Shown here in pieces: positions 9,311 to 18,619 of a DNA stretch of 64,000 bases. Each line of letters opens with the position of its first letter. The first letter of the stretch is position 1. The stretch is from Candidatus Poribacteria bacterium (lineage in GTDB: Bacteria > Poribacteria > WGA-4E > PCPOR2b). The notes beneath the pieces were generated by a model. It worked only from the letters and a program-made list of their open reading frames with translations. It ran no database searches and had not been told where the DNA came from. Where the stretch lies: assembly GCA_965218095.1 (NCBI GenBank), contig OZ244587.1:1280001-1344000 (forward strand), read 5' to 3'. Made by a program: the position numbers and the translations under genes.

Positions 9311-9339
9311 AGCCTATTGGGTTGCCCTGAGTTTGTCAA
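9311..9339 (-). promoter_or_regulatory. Internal sigma70-like promoter ahead of the STAS-AccD gene
   Basis: TTGACA-N17-TAGGCT, followed by AAGGAGG RBS. Confidence 0.5.
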
Positions 9340-9360
9340 GAAATTGAGTCGGGACGACGC

Positions 9361-9792
9361 TTATCGCTTATCATCCGACTCTTTATGTTTAACCATTCTG
9401 ACAACTGTGCCTGACTTTTCGTAAGTGACGACATCCATACACGATTCCATCAGAAAAAGTCCTCTGCCACTACTCTTTAAAAGGTTTGCCGGATCCAACG
9501 GATCTGCCACTTTTTCCCGATCGAAACCTTGCCCCCCATCCCGGACGACAACTGTGAGCTTATCTGGATGAACAACGAACTCAAAGTGAGTTCGCTTATT
9601 CACATCCTCATTATTCCCATGTTTAATTGCATTCGTCCCGGCTTCAATCACTGCCAGATTCACCTGTTCGCATGTTTCCTCATCGAACCCCATCTCTCTA
9701 AGAATTTCGGAGATAAGCACGTCTAACAGGTAAACAAGCTGCATTGAGCTCGGGAGATCAAGGTGAATGACTTGCTCGGTTGTCTGTCCCAC
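9361..9792 (-). CDS. RsbW/SpoIIAB-like anti-sigma factor Ser kinase
   Basis: EAGTNAIKHG, DGGQGFD, SSGRGLFLM (HATPase_c_2 boxes). Confidence 0.9.
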   Translation of the reverse strand: MGQTTEQVIHLDLPSSMQLVYLLDVLISEILREMGFDEETCEQVNLAVIEAGTNAIKHGNNEDVNKRTHFEFVVHPDKLTVVVRDGGQGFDREKVADPLDPANLLKSSGRGLFLMESCMDVVTYEKSGTVVRMVKHKESDDKR

Positions 9793-9796
9793 CTGG

Positions 9797-10978
9797 CTAT
9801 TCCTTTCCGTGTTTAATTTTTATAACGACAATTGTGATATCATCGTTCCGATGATTTGTTCCGCTAAAATTCAAGAGATCCGTCTCAATCGCCTGGCAAA
9901 GCATTTCAGCGGATAGATTTCGGCTCGACTGAAAGATTTCAGAGAGCTTTTCTTCACTGTAAAACGTTCCATCAGACTCACGCTCTGTTTCCGTGACTCC
10001 ATCCGTATAGAGCAGAATCTCACCGCCGGGCTCACAGTGAATCGCCTCAGGTTCGAATTCGGCAAAGTCGAAACTACCCAACACTATGCCACCGACTTTC
10101 AGTTGATCAACATCAGTGCCTTGATTTTTCAGATACAGCGGGTAACAGTGTCCTGCATTTGAATAAGTAAAAGTCATCGCAACGGGATCCAAAATTCCGT
10201 AGATCATCGTGGCGAAAAGATCCGGATCGGTGTCAATTACAAGTAGGTCATTGATCCGCTTGAGAATGGCTGCCGGCGAGGCTTCTTCACGACAAACGAG
10301 CCGAAGGGTGGTACGAATCATTACCATCAGCAAAGCTGCAGGAATGCCTTTGCCGCGGACATCGGCGATTGCGATGCCTAAACGATTGTCCGCTAACGGA
10401 ATAAAGTCGTAGAAATCCCCCGAAACTGTCATTGAACTCCGCAGCATGCCGGCAATATCAAATCCTGGCAGGTCAGGGGCGCCTTGAGGTAACAGCTTTT
10501 GCTGAATCATTGCCGCCGTTTGGAGGTGTGAGGCAAGCTGTTCAATTCCTGCTTCACTGAACCAATCTCCCATTGCCCCAATGAGCGGATTGATATATTT
10601 TGTCGGGCGCGTTCGCCCAAGTACGGCTTCAATTCGGGCCGTCAACTCACCAAGGTCAAAGGGTTTTGTGATGTAATCGTCTGCACCGGCGTTCAGCCCT
10701 CGAACCTTCTCGTGAGTTTGGGCTCGCGCCGTAAGCATAATGACGGGAATGGTACGGGTTTGTGCATCCACTTTGAGTTTTTCCAAAACCTCAAACCCAT
10801 CCACCACCGGCATCATCAGATCGAGGAGGATAAGATCGGGCAAATGCGTTTTCGCTTGTTCTAACGCACTTATGCCATCATTTGCAGTGATAACATCGAA
10901 TCCATCAGCAGTCAGACTCATCTCAACCAACTCAAGAATATCGATATCATCATCCACAGTGAGGATTGTCTCAGCCAT
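9797..10978 (-). CDS. Response regulator fused to SpoIIE/RsbU-type PP2C phosphatase
   Basis: Receiver DDD...LLDLMMP...TKPF; PP2C SGDFYD, ADVRGKG, YTDGVTE, DDIT. Confidence 0.93.
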   Translation of the reverse strand: MAETILTVDDDIDILELVEMSLTADGFDVITANDGISALEQAKTHLPDLILLDLMMPVVDGFEVLEKLKVDAQTRTIPVIMLTARAQTHEKVRGLNAGADDYITKPFDLGELTARIEAVLGRTRPTKYINPLIGAMGDWFSEAGIEQLASHLQTAAMIQQKLLPQGAPDLPGFDIAGMLRSSMTVSGDFYDFIPLADNRLGIAIADVRGKGIPAALLMVMIRTTLRLVCREEASPAAILKRINDLLVIDTDPDLFATMIYGILDPVAMTFTYSNAGHCYPLYLKNQGTDVDQLKVGGIVLGSFDFAEFEPEAIHCEPGGEILLYTDGVTETERESDGTFYSEEKLSEIFQSSRNLSAEMLCQAIETDLLNFSGTNHRNDDITIVVIKIKHGKE

Positions 10979-11096
10979 TATTTAGAGATACTCCTTGAAT
11001 TAAAGAACTCCGCAAGTGGGCTAATGAGCAAATCAGCGAATCGTGAATCGGTTCATGGGTTCATTGAAATCCTGAACTCATGTACGAATGAACTTC

Positions 11097-13385
11097 TTAC
11101 GTTTTACGCATTACGTATCGCGCATCACATTTCACGTCCTGATCTTTTCCAACCAGAGATAATACAAACTGAAAATTGCTGCCTTTTCCTCGATCTCCGT
11201 CGTCAATCCACAAGGTTCCACCATGCGCCTCAATAATACTTTTGGTAATCGATAATCCCAAACCGGAACCGCCTTGCTGACGTGTGTGAATATCACTGAG
11301 CTGATAAAATTTGTCGAACACCTTTGGGCGTTCTTCGACTGGAATGCCTGGCCCTGTATCAATCACCTCAACGTGCAAGAGATTGCCATCAACTTTAAGT
11401 TTAACGACAACTTCACCGTTATTCGGCGTAAACTTAATCGCATTGCCAATCAGATTTGTAAAGACTTGGCCCATGCGCTCTTCGTCTCCGATAATCTCGG
11501 GAATTGATTCAGGAGCGATGAACTTCAACTGAATTGATTTCTCATCGGCTTGCGGGCGAATCTCCTCAATCCGCTGGGTTGCAATTTCCAGAAGCGAAAT
11601 CGGCGTCTCTCTCATTTGTATCCGCCCGGACTCAATCCGTGAAATATCGAGCAGATCGCTAATCAGAGCGGCAAGCCGCTTCGATTGGCGTTGGACCCGC
11701 GCGAGGCTATTCCGCTGTTTGTCGTTAATTGGACCAGCCTTGCCGTCTAGAATGAAAGAAACGAAACCGATGATGGAAGTCAGCGGTGTACGCAATTCAT
11801 GAGAGACCAAGGAGATGAAATCGGATTTCATCTGGTCAATCTCTTTTTCTCGTGTAATATCATCGAAAAGGTAGACCGTGCCGAGTGCAAAGCCGTTTTC
11901 GTCAAGGAATGGGCTGGAAATGATCCGCAGAACCAGCTTCTCATCATTGTGAACTAAAGTGACTTCAGATATTACCGGTTTATTCAGAGAGATTTGGCGT
12001 TGATTCTCCTTGAAGATGTTAATTAATTCTTCATTTTGGATAATCTGGGTGAAATCCTTACCGATTCCATCTGTGCTGACGTTCAGCAGGTATTTAGCAG
12101 CAGGGTTGATGTGAAGCACACGGTTATTCGAGTCCACAAGGATTAACCCTTCTGCGAGACTATTCACGATAGCGGTCATCTTCTTCTCTTCTTTTGTCAA
12201 CTTTTCGACCGCATTTTTGAGGTTCCACCGCATTGAATTGAATTCGCCTGCCAGAATGCCGACTTCACTGCTACTGGTGACGGGAATCTCCTGATCGAAT
12301 TCCCCATGCCCGATGGCTCGCGCCGCACTTGCCACCTGCATAATCGGTGTGACAATGCGTCGGGAGAAAACAAGTGCAATCAGAATCACAACCAGGCAAG
12401 AGATCAGCGTGCAAGTCAGGATTCGCTTGGTGAGTTTTGTCACTTCGTAGAAAGCCAATGAGGTGGGCTGCGAAACCAGAACTGTCCAGTTTTCGAAGTT
12501 TTGCTTATCATGACTTTGTTTCCTCCATCGCTGGGTGCGTGCCCAACCATATACCCTTTTTTCCCCTCGTACATCGGTTTCCCCATCCATTTCATAGCCA
12601 TAATACTCATCGCGCGCACTAATTGCCGCCATCGCCGCATCGCTCATTTCAACACGATCCAAGAAATCGTAACCGCCACCCGGGGAAGAAGCGATGACTC
12701 GCCCGTGCTCATCAATGAGACAAATTTCTGTTACCTGAATCTGCTTATCTTCATCGGAAGGCGACTTGACCAGTTCAGAAAGTTCAGGTAGTGGGCTAAC
12801 AGCTTTCAACACACCGACCACTTTCGAGTCAGAGGTTTTATCAGGAATTGGCAAAGCGATTGACAGATAGTGATGTTGTTTTTGGGCATCATATTGGACA
12901 TCGCTAATAAACTTATACCCGAACCCATTATTATAAGCCCTGCTCCACCAGTCTTCATCGATCTTTTGAGAACGTAAACGTTCATCAGTTGCGATAATAA
13001 CCTCCTGGTGCAGGTTGGTAATAATTATCTTGCTATCAGGACCCAGACGCCTTTCAAGCCTTTTGACGTCATCCCACAAGTGCGTAGAGATTTGATCCAA
13101 TGTCGATGATACGTTGTCTACATTGGTGACGGCGACCGCTGGGCCGATGCGCCACACCAGCGCTTCAATTGGTATCAACAGCCTGAGAATCGTGCGATCC
13201 GCTTGATCAATCTTCTCTTGAGCCAGTCGTACCAAGCTTTCGCCGATTGTGTTTTTCAACGCAATCTTCCCGGACCAATAGGCCAAAGCGGAAACGACAA
13301 GTAAAGGAATGAGCGAGACCAGCAGGAAGAGCAACACAAGCTGCCCGCGCAAGCCTATTCTGAGACAAAGGCGTTCAATCATCAT
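11097..13385 (-). CDS. Membrane sensor histidine kinase (Cache-like, HAMP, PAS, HisKA, HATPase)
   Basis: Two TM helices, SHELRTPLTSI, NLIGNAIKF, DTGPGI, GGSGLGL. Confidence 0.93.
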   Translation of the reverse strand: MMIERLCLRIGLRGQLVLLFLLVSLIPLLVVSALAYWSGKIALKNTIGESLVRLAQEKIDQADRTILRLLIPIEALVWRIGPAVAVTNVDNVSSTLDQISTHLWDDVKRLERRLGPDSKIIITNLHQEVIIATDERLRSQKIDEDWWSRAYNNGFGYKFISDVQYDAQKQHHYLSIALPIPDKTSDSKVVGVLKAVSPLPELSELVKSPSDEDKQIQVTEICLIDEHGRVIASSPGGGYDFLDRVEMSDAAMAAISARDEYYGYEMDGETDVRGEKRVYGWARTQRWRKQSHDKQNFENWTVLVSQPTSLAFYEVTKLTKRILTCTLISCLVVILIALVFSRRIVTPIMQVASAARAIGHGEFDQEIPVTSSSEVGILAGEFNSMRWNLKNAVEKLTKEEKKMTAIVNSLAEGLILVDSNNRVLHINPAAKYLLNVSTDGIGKDFTQIIQNEELINIFKENQRQISLNKPVISEVTLVHNDEKLVLRIISSPFLDENGFALGTVYLFDDITREKEIDQMKSDFISLVSHELRTPLTSIIGFVSFILDGKAGPINDKQRNSLARVQRQSKRLAALISDLLDISRIESGRIQMRETPISLLEIATQRIEEIRPQADEKSIQLKFIAPESIPEIIGDEERMGQVFTNLIGNAIKFTPNNGEVVVKLKVDGNLLHVEVIDTGPGIPVEERPKVFDKFYQLSDIHTRQQGGSGLGLSITKSIIEAHGGTLWIDDGDRGKGSNFQFVLSLVGKDQDVKCDARYVMRKT

Positions 13386-13397
13386 ACATTTATGTTT

Positions 13398-13736
13398 CTA
13401 CGAATCAAAAGCGTTCGTTGCGGATTCTTCATCTTGATAAATTTCAAGAATTGTGTTTAGCCGTGTAACCTGTAAGACATTCATGACAGTTTTTTGCGGG
13501 TTGAGCAAGACGAGTTTTCCAGCCATATTCTTGAGGGACTGCAAGGTGGCTATAATTGTTCCCAACGCAGAACTATCTAACAGAGGTACCTTCGTCAGGT
13601 CTAAGATTAAACGTCCTCCGCTCTGCTCAATCTGCATATCCATTTCACGTTTAAGCGCATTGACCGTATTCCCAATGATTTTACCATCAACTCGGAGAAT
13701 TGGAATGTTGTTCTTACTGATGGTTGTCTCAAACAT
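13398..13736 (-). CDS. STAS anti-sigma factor antagonist (RsbV/SpoIIAA-like)
   Basis: LDSSALG phospho-Ser motif; ATG directly follows the rsmG stop. Confidence 0.9.
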   Translation of the reverse strand: MFETTISKNNIPILRVDGKIIGNTVNALKREMDMQIEQSGGRLILDLTKVPLLDSSALGTIIATLQSLKNMAGKLVLLNPQKTVMNVLQVTRLNTILEIYQDEESATNAFDS

Positions 13737-14474
13737 CTAATAAAGCTCCTTAATTCGTATAGCGACATAGGTCCGATTTAGCTCGGGGATATGGCTGTTG
13801 ATAACAGATTGGACATGGCCACCCAGTGATCGCAATTTAGGGGTCACTGATTGAATCTCCGGTTCAACATTGCACGACTTGTAAGCAATCCATGTGCCAT
13901 CTCGCTTCAATAGTGGAAGGCAGTAAGTCAGCGAATCCTCTAAAGAAGCGACATAACGGGTCAAGACCCAATCATAAGCGTTTTGTTCGGTACATTCTTC
14001 AGCACGTTGAGTGATGATGCGGACATGCGTCCACGACGCGGCAGCGTTCGATTGAGCGTTCCGACTCAGTTGAGAGATAAGGAACCGTAGAAAACTTGCC
14101 TTCTTTGATGAGGATTCAAGCAAGACTAACTGAACCCCAGGGATATAAATTTTGATTGGTATGCCGGGGAAACCTGCCCCCGTCCCAATATCAATCACTG
14201 AATCTCCTAGCTTGATGGAAAAATGTCGAAGGACGCTTAACGAATCGAGGAAATGCTTCATAATGATTTCTCGATCAGCGCAAATCGATGTCAGGTTTAG
14301 TTGTGAATTCCAGCGTTTGAGCTCAAGCCAGTAAGTGACAAATTGATCGAGCTGTACCGGCCCCAACGGAAAGCCGTGCTGAAGAAGTGTCTGCTTCAGG
14401 AGATCTCGAAATTCCTTCTGCGTATTGTGTACTGCGTGATGCTTTTTAGGTGATCTATTTCCCCACTTACCCAT
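13737..14474 (-). CDS. rsmG: 16S rRNA m7G527 methyltransferase
   Basis: WNSQLNLT, KHFLDSL, DIGTGAGFPG; downstream of mnmG. Confidence 0.93.
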   Translation of the reverse strand: MGKWGNRSPKKHHAVHNTQKEFRDLLKQTLLQHGFPLGPVQLDQFVTYWLELKRWNSQLNLTSICADREIIMKHFLDSLSVLRHFSIKLGDSVIDIGTGAGFPGIPIKIYIPGVQLVLLESSSKKASFLRFLISQLSRNAQSNAAASWTHVRIITQRAEECTEQNAYDWVLTRYVASLEDSLTYCLPLLKRDGTWIAYKSCNVEPEIQSVTPKLRSLGGHVQSVINSHIPELNRTYVAIRIKELY

Positions 14475-14478
14475 TGAC

Positions 14479-16371
14479 TCATTGACTCATTTCCCGTTCT
14501 TTTCGCTTGTACTGTTCGACCCAGACCATAAGTATCGAGCTATCCGCAGGCGAAACACCAGGGATACGCGATGCTTGTCCAATGGAGATTGGACGAATCG
14601 TTGCGAGTTTTTCGCGCGCTTCCGTTTTTAAGCCACTGATTGAATCGTATTCAAAATCATCCGGAATCCGAAAGTGTTCCATCTTTTTGAACTGTTCGAT
14701 TTGCACAGCTTGACGGTGAATGTATCCCTCGTATTTGATTTGAATTTCGACCTGTTTCTCAACCGCTTTGGGCAGTGATCGAAGATTCGGCGCAAGCTGC
14801 TGGATTTGGTCGTAATGAATTTCTGGGCGTTTGAGCAGATCTGCCAGGGATGTTGGCTTGCTAAGTTCGCCAATATTGACCTGTTTCAAAAGATCTTGCG
14901 TGCCCGGTGATGGTTTCAGGTATGTTTGATTTAAGCGATTTAATTCTTCACCCACGAGTTTCCGCTTGATTTGGAAACGATTGTAACCGTCATCATTGAC
15001 CAACCCAATCTGGCGACCAATCTCCGTCAATCGTAGGTCTGCGTTATCCTCACGCAACTCCAGCCGATACTCCGCCCGCGATGTAAACATGCGATACGGT
15101 TCGCGGATGTCCTTCGTGACGAGGTCATCGATGAGGACGCCAATGTATGCCTGGGACCGGTCTAGAATCAGCGGCTCCTCACTGCGCACCTTCAAGGCGG
15201 CATTAATCCCTGCCATCAATCCCTGTGCGGCGGCTTCCTCATAGCCGGTAGTACCGTTGAGTTGTCCCGCAAAGTAAAGGTTCTTCACCTGCTTGGTTTC
15301 GAGCATCGGGTAGAGTTGCGTCGCCGGGGCAAAATCGTACTCCACCGCATAAGCGAAGCGCATAATCTCGGCGTCTTCCAGTCCTTTGATGCTGTGTACC
15401 ATATCTACTTGAACGTCTTCCGGCAAACTGGCGGAGATTCCATTTAGGTAAATCTCGTCTGTATCTCTGCCTTCAGGTTCGACGAAGACCTGATGTCGAT
15501 TTTTGTCGGCGAAACGCACCACTTTGTCCTCAATCGAAGGGCAATACCTGGGCCCAATGCCGGCGATCCGGCCGCTGTACATTGCAGATCTATGAAGATT
15601 GTCGCGAATAATCTGATGCGTCTTTTCGTTCGTGTAAGTCAGGTGGCAAGGCATCTGGGATTGCGTAATCTTTTCTGTTGAGAACGAAAAAGGACGTGGA
15701 TGCGCATCGCCGGGTTGAATCTCCATCACACCAAAAGCCACGGTATGCGCATTGACGCGAGGCGGCGTTCCGGTTTTCAAACGACCAATTTCAAATCCGA
15801 GATTCAAAAAACTCTCTGATAGTTTTTCCGCCGACGATTCTCCGGCACGTCCTGCGCTGTAGGATACATTGCCGAGATGCACCAATCCCTTGAGAAACGT
15901 GCCTGTGGTCAGGATTACCGTTTTGGCAAGATAGGCGGTTTGGGTGTAGCTTAATATCCCGATGCACTTACCCCGCTCGGTCAACAGGGCATTGACCAAC
16001 ATCTGCTTAATATCGAGATGCGGTTGCCGCTCCAGCACTCGCTTCATCTCATACTGATACGCCTTTTTGTCCGCCTGCGCACGACTTGAGCGGACAGCCG
16101 GACCTTTCTTCGTATTCAGTTGGCGAAACTGGATGCCCGTTTTGTCGATATTCTTCGCCATCTCGCCACCGAGTGCATCGATCTCCTTGACGAGATGCCC
16201 TTTTGCAAGTCCACCGATTGCCGGGTTGCAGGACATTTTCGCGATTGTGTCGAGGTTAATTGTGACAATCAATGCCTCGCAGCCCATCCGCGCAGCGGCG
16301 AGTGCAGCTTCACACCCGGCGTGTCCTGCACCCACAACAAGGACATCATATTGTTTGTGATAGGTATTCAT
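14479..16371 (-). CDS. mnmG: tRNA uridine 5-carboxymethylaminomethyl modification enzyme
   Basis: GAGHAGCEAA, MSCNPAIGG, GPRYCPSIEDK, NGTTGYEEAAAQG, EPYRMFTSRAEYRL. Confidence 0.98.
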   Translation of the reverse strand: MNTYHKQYDVLVVGAGHAGCEAALAAARMGCEALIVTINLDTIAKMSCNPAIGGLAKGHLVKEIDALGGEMAKNIDKTGIQFRQLNTKKGPAVRSSRAQADKKAYQYEMKRVLERQPHLDIKQMLVNALLTERGKCIGILSYTQTAYLAKTVILTTGTFLKGLVHLGNVSYSAGRAGESSAEKLSESFLNLGFEIGRLKTGTPPRVNAHTVAFGVMEIQPGDAHPRPFSFSTEKITQSQMPCHLTYTNEKTHQIIRDNLHRSAMYSGRIAGIGPRYCPSIEDKVVRFADKNRHQVFVEPEGRDTDEIYLNGISASLPEDVQVDMVHSIKGLEDAEIMRFAYAVEYDFAPATQLYPMLETKQVKNLYFAGQLNGTTGYEEAAAQGLMAGINAALKVRSEEPLILDRSQAYIGVLIDDLVTKDIREPYRMFTSRAEYRLELREDNADLRLTEIGRQIGLVNDDGYNRFQIKRKLVGEELNRLNQTYLKPSPGTQDLLKQVNIGELSKPTSLADLLKRPEIHYDQIQQLAPNLRSLPKAVEKQVEIQIKYEGYIHRQAVQIEQFKKMEHFRIPDDFEYDSISGLKTEAREKLATIRPISIGQASRIPGVSPADSSILMVWVEQYKRKEREMSQ

Positions 16372-16395
16372 TTTTATCACACGCTTTCTGACTTG

Positions 16396-16554
16396 TTAAT
16401 TTCGGGCTTTCTTAGCATAGCATTCTTGATCAGAAACACCATATGAATCACTGCGCCATGAACGCGGCTCCGAGGGTCCATCCTGCGTAATTGTCCATCC
16501 GTCTTCGATGAGGGCATTCCTCACAGTATCATGGTAAATATCGCGCTGGGGCAA
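16396..16554 (-). pseudogene. XisH-family N-terminal remnant
   Basis: Manual translation MPQRDIYHDTVRNALIEDGWTITQD matches the XisH start; unrelated sequence follows. Confidence 0.7.
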
Positions 16555-16581
16555 AGGGAATCACCTTGCCATCAGGTTGGC

Positions 16582-17562
16582 TTACAACCCCGAATAGATG
16601 ACACTCAACACCAACTGTCCAACAACATCCAAACTCTCTGCACTACATTTATCGGGAGTATCTTCAACCGTGTGCCAATAGGGGTAATCGAAGTCGATGA
16701 TATCGATTGTCGGGAGGCCTGCTCGGATGAGGGGCAGGTGATCATCCATAATCGGAGGCCCCAGCCGGCGTTGAAACGCCGATAGTCCCATCTCTTCAGC
16801 CCGTCGCCAAATTGCCTCTGTTAATTCTCGTGCCGCGTTCCACGAATATCGCTCCATCGGCAATTCTAGGTTTTGATCGCCCACCATGTCCAGCAAGATA
16901 CCAAAATCTGCCTGCCATCTTCCCATATTCCGGGCAAAGTGCGTGGATCCGAGAAACATATTGGAAATCGTTCTGCCATAATCTTCACCGTCAAACAGGA
17001 CGATAATCACTTGGGTCGGAGGCGGTTTGGATTTCAGAACCCGTGCAACCTCCAGCAGCACTGCCACGCCCGAAGCGCCATCGTTTGCGCCAAGGATTGG
17101 ATCGTTTCGATTGGATGGATCGGCATCCTGGTCGGCGAATGGGCGGGTATCCCAATGTGCGGCGAGGAGAATCTTTCCACCCTCATCTTCCCCGAAGCGC
17201 GCCAAGATATTATTCATCTGAAGCGTCTCGTCTTGGCAGCGAAATTCAAAAGGCTGAAGCACGACTTCGGCAGCAAACTTTTCAAGTTCTGCAAACAGAT
17301 ATGCACTCGTCTCCCGGTGGACAGGTGTGCCCGGAACACGCGCTCCAAACTCACACTGCTTCTCCAAGTAGGCAAATGCACGTTCGGCGTTAAAGGCGCC
17401 ATCACCGATTGGCTCCTCTGCCAAAACAGACGGAGACGAATCGGAGTCGGAAGGGGTGCAAACCAACAATCCATCGGAGCCGAGGATAATCATGCATAAC
17501 ACACTCCACAACAGCATCCCGATGGATCGGGGCAACCTGAGTTCGCGAGGAAATCGGTTCAT
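16582..17562 (-). CDS. M28-family peptidase / glutaminyl cyclase-like, exported
   Basis: AHWDTRP, GANDGASG, DGEDYG, LLDMVGD, DDHLP, YWHTVED; start uncertain. Confidence 0.9.
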   Translation of the reverse strand: MNRFPRELRLPRSIGMLLWSVLCMIILGSDGLLVCTPSDSDSSPSVLAEEPIGDGAFNAERAFAYLEKQCEFGARVPGTPVHRETSAYLFAELEKFAAEVVLQPFEFRCQDETLQMNNILARFGEDEGGKILLAAHWDTRPFADQDADPSNRNDPILGANDGASGVAVLLEVARVLKSKPPPTQVIIVLFDGEDYGRTISNMFLGSTHFARNMGRWQADFGILLDMVGDQNLELPMERYSWNAARELTEAIWRRAEEMGLSAFQRRLGPPIMDDHLPLIRAGLPTIDIIDFDYPYWHTVEDTPDKCSAESLDVVGQLVLSVIYSGL

Positions 17563-17583
17563 GGGTTCATTTTATGTTTTCGC

Positions 17584-18183
17584 TTAAACTTGTCGGCGTC
17601 CTTCCAACGCTTTGGCGAGTGTAACTTCATCAATATACTCAAGGTCGCCTCCAACCGGAATGCCATAAGCAATTCGAGTGATGGCGATTCCAAGATTTTC
17701 GAGGCGTTTTGTCAAATACAGCGCAGTCGCCTGTCCCTCAGTGGTATAATTTGTCGCAAGGATTACTTCTTTAATGTCTTCATAGCTGATCCGTTCAAAG
17801 AGCGTGTCAATTCTTAGATCCTTCGGGCCCACACCGTCCAACGGCGATAAAACACCCATGAGCGCATGATATAAGCCTTTATACTCCTTTGTTCGCTCAA
17901 TTGCTAAAAGATCATCAGGCTCTTCAATAACACAAATCGTTTGACGGTCACGCTCGGGATCTGCACAGATATAGCATGGGCTCCGATCTGTGATATTTCC
18001 ACAGATTGTGCAGTAGGAGAGGTGAGTTTTCATATCGGAAATCGCTTGTGCCAGTTTGGCGGTTTCCGATTCAGGCATTTTTAACATATAAAATGCCAAA
18101 CGTTGTGCTGTTTTAGGACCGATTGTCGGCAGTTTTTGTAACTCGTTAATTAAACGTGCCAGCGGTTCAGGATAATGGAGCAT
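17584..18183 (-). CDS. recR: Recombination protein RecR
   Basis: LPTIGPKTAQRLA, C4 zinc finger, EGQATA, GIPVGGDLEY. Confidence 0.97.
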   Translation of the reverse strand: MLHYPEPLARLINELQKLPTIGPKTAQRLAFYMLKMPESETAKLAQAISDMKTHLSYCTICGNITDRSPCYICADPERDRQTICVIEEPDDLLAIERTKEYKGLYHALMGVLSPLDGVGPKDLRIDTLFERISYEDIKEVILATNYTTEGQATALYLTKRLENLGIAITRIAYGIPVGGDLEYIDEVTLAKALEGRRQV

Positions 18184-18258
18184 TTTTCGGATTCGGATTG
18201 TGGATATTGGATTGCCAAAGGGAAAAATCAGCAATCGGAAATCTATAGTCCGCAGTAT

Positions 18259-18567
18259 TTACATCAGCCCTGGGATTTTAACGCCCCCGGTCAACTTGCT
18301 CATCTCTTGAGTCATCAATTCTTGAGCCTGATGGTGTGCTTCATTGACAGCGGCAACAATGAGATCCTCGAGCATTTCAACGTCATCTGGATCTACCACC
18401 TCGGGTGAGATTGTAAGTGACACGAGTTCTTGCTGACCATTGGCAACGGCTGTTACCATGCCTCCACCAACGGTTGCTTCGACAGTGCGGCTGGCAAGCT
18501 CTTCTTGAATCTCAAGCATGCGCTTTTGCATCTTTTGGGCCTGTTTCATAAGATTGTTCATATTCAT
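18259..18567 (-). CDS. ybaB: YbaB/EbfC nucleoid-associated protein
   Basis: MKQAQKMQ...GGGMV...EMLEDLIVAAVN; dnaX-ybaB-recR synteny. Confidence 0.95.
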   Translation of the reverse strand: MNMNNLMKQAQKMQKRMLEIQEELASRTVEATVGGGMVTAVANGQQELVSLTISPEVVDPDDVEMLEDLIVAAVNEAHHQAQELMTQEMSKLTGGVKIPGLM

Positions 18568-18619
18568 TTCAATGACCTCTCATAAAGTTTGTCAAAATAG
18601 TTGACATCCAAATAAAGGT

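Noticed and set aside
13737-16580. Replication origin next to mnmG/rsmG
   Set aside because: No cluster of DnaA boxes, AT-rich unwinding region, dnaA or parAB noticed
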